A stretch of DNA of 5,098 nt from Octopus sinensis. Lineage: Eukaryota. The notes under the pieces are model-generated. The model did no database searches. It saw only the letters and a program-made list of their open reading frames with translations, and was not told where the DNA came from. Location: positions 1 through 5,098 of the forward strand of contig NW_021830312.1 of assembly GCF_006345805.1 (NCBI RefSeq), written 5' to 3'. Shown here piece after piece: positions 1 through 5,098 of this stretch; the stretch's first letter is position 1; each line of letters opens with the position of its first letter. The translations under genes were made by a program, and so were the position numbers.

Positions 1-19
1 GAAGGAGCTAACGATTTAT

Positions 20-69
<50 letters not shown>

Positions 70-277
70 GCGTATATACCTATGTATGCATATACCTATG
101 TGGTGTGTATTTGTGTTGGTCCTCACTACCGCTTGATAACCTGCGTTGATTTATTTACGCCCCTGTCAGCCAACGGTCTGGCAGAGTAAGACAATGAAAG
201 TACCAGGCTATGAAAAGAAGTACTGGGGTCAATTTGCTCAACTAAACCCTTCAGGGTGATGATCCAACATGGTTGCA
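1..277 (+). mobile_element. Probable 3' portion of an older, diverged SINE-like interspersed repeat with internal (TA)n/(TG)n
   Basis: Segment 105-277 (gcttgataacc...tttacg...ggcag...aagtaccaggct...tactggggtcaatttgctcaactaaa...ccaacatgg) resembles a very abundant octopus repeat as I recall it. No head, boxes or TSD are in the window, so this rests on recognition alone. Confidence 0.5.
25..69. repeat. (AT)n microsatellite
   Basis: About 22 AT units with one extra T at 61. Confidence 0.97.
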
Positions 278-524
278 TGTATATACATAAGCCTCCATAT
301 ATACATGCGTGTGTATATATGTATAAAGACACACCTGCGCACTCTACTCACATACATACGAACAAATATAAAAATACACGAATACATTATCTCGTATAGA
401 TTATCTCTGTTGTTCAAAACAATATAACAGTATCATGTAGCGGAATGTGGGAAAAATTCTGTCTCCGTCAGGGTGGCCATGACAGGCAGGTAACTCACAA
501 CGTTTACCTCAAGATATACGAATG

Positions 525-722
525 TCACTCACAGCTATTGCGTATAGGTGATGGTGAGGTCAAGGGTGCATATGCAGGTGGGTGTGTAGGTGGTTGTAAA
601 GGATCAAAGGTGGGCGTGTTTGGAGTGTCATCGAAGGGTGTGGACACCTCAATATGTGCCCTTTTATGTCTGTCGACCGACACGGTCTCTGCCCAACCAT
701 TGATGTCGAGACTAAAAGTTTT
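525..722 (-). pseudogene. Integrase C-terminal segment (after frameshift) with Pro/Thr-rich tail
   Basis: KTFSLDINGWAETVSVDRHKRAH resembles the 'VSxDRLKxA' motif that ends Gypsy integrases. It is followed by a Pro-rich low-complexity tail; no chromodomain is recognisable. Confidence 0.75.
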
Positions 723-1416
723 GTGTGTGTGTGTGCGATAGCACACGAAATGGTTCCTTATAAGGAGAGACGCGAGTTCCTCTGACAAAATCATCCCGAA
801 CAAAAGCATGAGTCCATTTGTCAATGTCCGGAGAGACGTGAGAAGGAACAGACTGGTCACGCGGATGCATGGGTGGAAGACTCGAGAAATACGAGCGAAG
901 TTTGGTGACATACGACGTTGGATCAGGAGGCGATGAGTTGTCTGGCGCTAACATCGTACCAGGGAGTGCCAAGGTGGTACCATAAAGGGGTTTAGCAGAG
1001 GAGAAACCTAAGTCTGCTTTAACAGCAGTGCGACAACCAAGAAGAACGATAGGCAGAAATTCTGTCCAAGACTGCGGATCAGAAGTGGCGCGTAGGGCGG
1101 CCTTCAGTTGCCTGTGAAAACGTTCAACCATCCCATTGGAGGCTGGGTGGTAACTGGTCGTACGAATGTGATGAACTCCTAGGATTCGTGATAATTCACG
1201 AAATAGAGAAGCCTTGAACTGGCGTCCGCGATTAGTGGTTATTTTAGCACGGACACAAAAGCGAGCAATCCAGTTAGAAACGAAAGCTCGAACAACTGAC
1301 TCAGCGGAAATGTCCACTATTGGAATGACCTCTGGTCAACGAGAGAAATGATCGACGCATGTTAATATGTAAGAGAAACCGCGACTGATAGGCTATGGTC
1401 CAACCTGATCAATGTG
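712..1416 (-). pseudogene. Integrase catalytic core (rve, DD35E) and GPY/F region, inactivated
   Basis: One continuous frame: HIDQVGP*PISRGFSYILTCVDHFSR*PEVIPIVDISAE... with stops at 1393-1395 (TAG) and 1336-1338 (TGA, at the conserved Trp). D1 is at 1408-1410. D2 is replaced by Asn at 1231-1233 (TTNRG). E is at 1123-1125, with exactly 35 residues between N and E. GPY/F motif is degenerated to PYKEPF. Confidence 0.93.
722..735. repeat. (TG)7 microsatellite inside integrase coding sequence
   Basis: Coincides with the frame change between ORFs 712..1317 and 525..911. Confidence 0.9.
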
Positions 1417-1737
1417 GACCTGGCGAAAGCGAGTCTCCGGTGGAGAAAACTGTCCAAGAGGAGCGCGAATATGCCTGCGGATTTTAGAACGCTGGCACTT
1501 TACACAAGAGTGTGCCGAATCGGTGATCATTTGGCGTATATTAGGCCAGAAAAATCGAGCCGTAATAAGCTTCACCGAGGCAGCGACGCCAGGTTGTGAC
1601 AGTGAATGCAAGGTATCAAACACGGAGCGCTGGTGGTTCTCAGGTACAAACGGTCTGGGAAAACCAGTTTCTGTGTCACAAAGGATTGTGCCTTCAGTCG
1701 ACGGAAGGGGAAGATAGACAAACTTGCAACAGGACAA
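1417..1737 (-). pseudogene. Integrase N-terminal region with HHCC zinc-binding domain (second His mutated to Gln)
   Basis: ORF 1393..1737: FDTLHSLSQPG (H-x3-[H>Q]) ... RFFWP ... CVKCQRSK (C-x2-C). Confidence 0.88.
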
Positions 1738-1742
1738 CTTGG

Positions 1743-1856
1743 CTGATCCTGCGCAATGGCAGTTAAATCAATTGCAGCAGGAGATGAAGGGGAGCACACA
1801 GGAAGACGAGAGAGTGCGCCAGCAGGCACGTTCTCTGTTCCAGGTATGTCCCGAAT
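1743..1856 (-). pseudogene. C-terminal end of RNase H plus start of the RNase H-integrase linker
   Basis: IRDIPGTENVPAGALSRLP matches the Gypsy 'IRHIxGxxNxxADALSR' motif, followed by IDLTAIAQDQ. Similarity is lost upstream of ~1856, and the frame shifts near 1725-1745. Confidence 0.8.
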
Positions 1857-1974
1857 GTTTCCAGATATATTTTCAGGTTGGCTGCAATCTAAATAAATTA
1901 TTTGGCAACTAGTCTTTAATTTGAGCAACGACGGGTAATTAAGCTACCGCGTATGTGCATGTGCGTGCGTATTA

Positions 1975-1993
1975 ACATACATACATACGTACA

Positions 1994-2022
<29 letters not shown>
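1975..2022. repeat. (ACAT)12 tetranucleotide microsatellite
   Basis: 12 units, one of them the variant ACGT. Confidence 0.95.
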
Positions 2023-2025
<3 letters not shown>

Positions 2026-2157
2026 AATTGATATATATATATAAATACATAAATTTGCACATTAAATATGTATGTATATAAATATATATCCATACATATA
2101 TATACCAGCAAGTACACCAGATATGTGGGTTATATGTATGTGTGCATGTGTGTGTAT

Positions 2158-2189
<32 letters not shown>

Positions 2190-2287
2190 TATATATTATA
2201 TATAATATATTATATATATATATATATATGTATACATAAAATGGGTGTGTATGTATGTGCCTGTATGTATATATGTAATATATATTT

Positions 2288-2332
<45 letters not shown>

Positions 2333-2497
2333 GTGGTGTGTGTGTGTTTGTTAACACTTAAGTTTGCGTACATACCAATAAATTTTATATAAATACATTT
2401 TCTCGTTGGTGTGTATTACACGTGTGTGTGTTTGTGTGTGGGTACATATACACATACTCGCATACAAACACGCGCATGCATATATTACATACATACA

Positions 2498-2540
<43 letters not shown>

Positions 2541-2760
2541 ACATTATATACATACATATATATTATATATACATACATAACATATATACTATATATATAT
2601 ATAAATATTATTATATATATATTATATATATATATATATATATATTAGATATATATATATATATTATTATATATAAAATATAATATATATATATATATAT
2701 ATATATCTATATATATATATATATAATATTATATATAATGCTGCGCACGCACACACAAAA
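2023..2760. repeat. Compound low-complexity TA/TG/TACA microsatellite block
   Basis: Long interrupted (TA)n arrays with TG/CA runs; ~2500-2737 is almost entirely A/T. Confidence 0.95.
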
Positions 2761-3083
2761 TATGCATACAAACGCGCATGAAAAATTACAACGATTAGTT
2801 TCTAATCGCCTGTACCGTTTACAGGTTACTTCAATGAAACGGTCATGTTATGCTAATGAAATCTAATTAATCCATTCGAGGGCGCCACTGTTTCTCGGGG
2901 TTTTTCCAGTAATCTGGGCAATAATTGAATTTTCAGAGTTCAGGCATGTCACCATACATTGCTTAAGTAGAATACTCGGATGGGGAAACTTTGTGCATAC
3001 GAAATTGAATCAGTATAGAATTAACAAAACGTTGCGCCGATCTATATTCCGTTGTTCTTCTCTTTCTCTTCTGCTTCGTCTGC

Positions 3084-3104
3084 TTTTTTTTTTTTTTTTT
3101 TTTT
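3084..3104. repeat. T21 homopolymer
   Basis: 21 consecutive T, preceded by a pyrimidine-rich tract (3052-3083). Confidence 0.95.
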
Positions 3105-3199
3105 CAAATTGAAACATTTTGTGTATATATATTCATCATTTCTCTTTTATTTCTCTCACTCTCTTAGGATGCAACCGATTTTGGAAATTATGAGCGCAT

Positions 3200-3281
3200 T
3201 GTGTGTTATCGTGTGTGCGTGTGTATGTGCGTGTGTGTGTGTGTATATATATATATATACACACACATATATCTATATCTG

Positions 3282-3326
<45 letters not shown>

Positions 3327-3343
3327 ATCTAGATATATCTGTA

Positions 3344-3384
<41 letters not shown>

Positions 3385-3752
3385 GATATATATATATATG
3401 TAATATATATATTATTATATATATATATATATATGTATATCCATCTATTATCTATCTATATATATTATATATATAAAACATATATATATATATGTGTATA
3501 TATACATACATATACATATATATATATATATAATATATATATATGTATGTATATGTATGTATATATATATATATATATGCATATGTACATATATGCATAT
3601 ATATATACGCATATATATATGTATGTATATGTTGTAATAATAATAAACGTATTATTCAATTATATTTATATTCTCTATTCAATAATTGTTGTCCGTGTGA
3701 ATGTATATATATAGAAACATACCCATATTACATATGTATATATATATATATA
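3200..3752. repeat. Compound microsatellite block: (TG)n, (TA)n, (TCTA)11 at 3282-3325, (CT)9 at 3345-3362
   Basis: Directly visible simple repeats. Confidence 0.95.
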
Positions 3753-3843
3753 TAACGTCAAAGATATTTCCACATACACCATAGGCAAAGAGCTTATGGT
3801 GCAAACCGGCATGTCAAACCTTATCAGAGGCTTTAATAGTAGA

Positions 3844-4049
3844 TAGGAGAATGTTGAGGGTACACAGAGTGACGATGTATCTTTAGTTCCTATCCTTTCT
3901 CAATATCCCTGTACTATGTTATATTTTTGGCTAGTTGGTAAAATCGTAGGAGTATGTTTAGGGTACATGGAGTGATAATGTTTCATTAGTTCCTTTTCTC
4001 TCTCAATATCGCTGTACTATGCTATATCTTATGTTAGCAAATAAAATCC
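3844..4049. repeat. Two-copy 103-bp tandem duplication
   Basis: 3844-3946 versus 3947-4049 align without gaps; I counted 81/103 identities (~79%) by hand. Confidence 0.92.
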
Positions 4050-4054
4050 TATTT

Positions 4055-4067
4055 CAGTTAGATGAAA
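4055..4067 (+). repeat. Target-site duplication, left copy (cagttagatgaaa)
   Basis: Identical 13-mer at 4454-4466. The first C is ambiguous between TSD and element end, giving 12 bp if C4454 belongs to the SINE. Confidence 0.92.
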
Positions 4068-4340
4068 GTGGAAGCACTCCGTCGGTTACGACGATGAGGG
4101 TTCCGGTTGATCCGATCAACGGAAGAGCCTGCTCGTGAAATTAACGTGTAAGTGGCTGAGCACTCCACAGACACGTGTACCCTTAACGTAATTCTCGGGG
4201 ATATTCAGCGTGACACAGAGAGTGACAAGGCCGGCCCTTTGAAATACAGGTACAACAGAAACAGGAAGTAAGAGTGAGAGAAAGTTGTGGTGAAAGAGTA
4301 CAGCAGGGATCACCACCATCCCCTGCCGGAGCCTCGTGGA

Positions 4341-4372
4341 GCTTTTAGGTATTTTCGCTTTTAGGTGTTTTC
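4341..4372. repeat. 16-bp tandem duplication within SINE
   Basis: gcttttaggtattttc (4341-4356) and gcttttaggtgttttc (4357-4372), 1 mismatch. Confidence 0.92.
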
Positions 4373-4387
4373 ACAACGCCCGGTCTG

Positions 4388-4399
4388 GGAATCGAAACC
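4388..4399 (-). promoter_or_regulatory. Pol III B box of SINE (one deviation)
   Basis: GGTTTCGATTCC versus consensus GGTTCGANNCC (one extra T), ~33 nt downstream of the A box. Confidence 0.75.
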
Positions 4400-4431
4400 G
4401 CGATCCTATGACCGCGAGACCGCTGCCCTAA

Positions 4432-4442
4432 CCACTGGGCCA
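4432..4442 (-). promoter_or_regulatory. Pol III A box of SINE
   Basis: TGGCCCAGTGG matches the TRGCNNARYGG consensus exactly. Confidence 0.85.
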
Positions 4443-4453
4443 TTGCGCCTCCA

Positions 4454-4466
4454 CAGTTAGATGAAA
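4454..4466 (+). repeat. Target-site duplication, right copy (cagttagatgaaa)
   Basis: Identical to 4055-4067 and directly abuts the tRNA-like head. Confidence 0.92.
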
Positions 4467-5098
4467 ACAAAGGAGAGGAATCAAGTTTCAGTACAGACAT
4501 TTGTTGAGGTGAAATGGTGGTATGCATTACAGATATTTTTATTTGCTTCTTAGTTATATTATTCGCTGTTGGTTTTTGATGGCAATTTAGATCACTGTTT
4601 CACATATCATCAAATCAACGAGGAAGGATATATGTGGTCATTCAATGTGCTAGAAATAGCAAGAGAATATCCTTTAAATATTACACTACTATCTTAAATA
4701 TGGAAAATACACATTAAATATTGCAAAAACACGCGGGTTTTAGAACTTTCATTGTACACTGAGTCATGTTGCTAAATTATTCCCACACGACTGATAAGTC
4801 AACTGGGAGTTTCTGGTAGAACAGGTTGAAAGAACGAGCGCGCTTCTGCATAAAAGATAGTGAAAATGCAAGTTGCGGATAGATAGATGGCTACGCACTT
4901 ACAGTAAACTATTTAGATATGTGTTCGACTCGTACAATTATTCATTGATTATAAGGAAGTTGAAAATAACTGACCACAATTGACTATACACATAAATATA
5001 TACACACAAACACCCACGTAAACACACGCACAGGCAAGGATGAATACACATATATACAAGCATAAACAAAACGTACATACAAATATGTATAGTTATAT

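Larger units (their letters stand above)
480..1856 (-). mobile_element. pol: Decayed, 5'-truncated Ty3/Gypsy LTR-retrotransposon pol fragment (RNase H end + integrase); possibly CsRn1/Kabuki-like clade
   Basis: Collinear minus-strand motifs in Gypsy order (RNase H then integrase): IRDIPGTENVPAGALSR, CDTETGFPRPFVP, LHSLSQPG...CVKC, VHIDQVGP, TTNRG, YHPASNGMVERFHRQLK, PYKEPFRVL, TVSVDRHK. Left boundary is uncertain (480-525). The clade call is from recalled motif style only. Confidence 0.93.
4068..4454 (-). mobile_element. Full-length tRNA-derived SINE (~387 bp), resembling octopus tRNA-SINE families
   Basis: Pol III A and B boxes at the minus-strand 5' end, a D-arm-like stem GCCC-AGTGGTTA-GGGC, a GC-richer body than the flanks, 3' stem-loops, and a perfect flanking direct repeat (TSD). 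Family identity is from recall only. Confidence 0.88.

Noticed and set aside
300-525. 3' LTR or polypurine tract of the Gypsy element
   Set aside because: No purine tract followed by TG...CA, and no second copy elsewhere in the window.
712-1416. G-to-A hypermutation (deaminase editing) of the integrase: D>N, two E>K, G>E, W>stop
   Set aside because: Other inferred lesions are transversions (L>stop, L>Q, L>H, H>Q, H>D), and ancestral codons are guessed without a consensus. Ordinary neutral decay is sufficient.
445-1912. Plus-strand ORFs 445..741, 1412..1717, 1414..1599 and 1724..1912
   Set aside because: Antisense shadows of the Gypsy pol remnant with no recognisable motifs.
2867-3112. 82-codon stop-free plus-strand frame / possible exon
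   Set aside because: No ATG, no recognisable domain, no convincing splice-site pair, and it ends in the T-run.
2062-3755. ORFs rich in Tyr/Ile/Cys/Val/His, including the 220-aa ORF 3052..3714
   Set aside because: Artefacts of translating (TA)n, (TG)n and (TCTA)n, which lack stop codons; no protein-like complexity.
3844-4049. CRISPR-like repeat-spacer array
   Set aside because: Only two contiguous units, no spacers, no cas genes, and a eukaryotic context.
4092-4140. Hammerhead-ribozyme-like CGATGAG...hairpin...GAAA on the + strand
   Set aside because: The core lacks the U of CUGAUGA, stem II does not close next to GAAA, and no stems I/III are evident. It is also antisense to the Pol III transcript.
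4375-4449. Functional tRNA gene
   Set aside because: Only the D-arm pairs well; the anticodon and T stems do not close, so no isotype is assigned. The sequence continues into a TSD-bounded 390-bp element, so it is a SINE head.
4068-4454. MITE/DNA transposon interpretation from the 8/10 terminal inverted match
   Set aside because: Internal Pol III boxes at one end, asymmetric structure and a 12-13 bp TSD fit a retroposed SINE better.
126-4527. Short minus ORFs 126..332, 4116..4319 and 4345..4527
   Set aside because: They lie within SINE-like repeats, are 60-68 aa long and show no protein motifs.
4650-4720. Possible degenerate fragment of another octopus-type repeat (ggtcattc...tgctagaaatagc)
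   Set aside because: Only a vague recalled resemblance with no structural support; it needs a repeat-library search.
4760-4766. AP-1 motif TGAGTCA
   Set aside because: A single 7-mer is plausible by chance in 5 kb and has no supporting context.

Overview
Eukaryotic, AT-rich, non-coding DNA dominated by microsatellites and layered retroelement debris. There is no intact host gene and nothing prokaryotic. The repeat style and the two SINE-like sequences resemble octopus/cephalopod repeats; this is from recall and is not verified by any search. Left to right: (1) ~1-277, the probable 3' part of an old SINE-like repeat with an internal (TA)n. (2) ~480-1856 on the minus strand, a decayed, 5'-truncated Ty3/Gypsy pol remnant covering the RNase H end, integrase Zn finger, DD(35)E core and GPY/F tail. 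It carries 2 nonsense codons, 2 frameshifts and mutated catalytic and Zn-ligand residues. (3) ~1950-3760, compound TA/TG/ACAT/TCTA microsatellite blocks around a ~420 bp complex-sequence island. (4) 3844-4049, an ungapped 2 x 103 bp tandem duplication. (5) 4068-4454 on the minus strand, an apparently full-length tRNA-derived SINE with a perfect 12-13 bp target-site duplication. The most interesting signal is the RNA architecture of this SINE: its 5' and 3' ends can form a 10-bp G-U-containing terminal stem, it has two 3' stem-loops, and it has no poly(A) tail. I see no evidence of a new multi-gene system.
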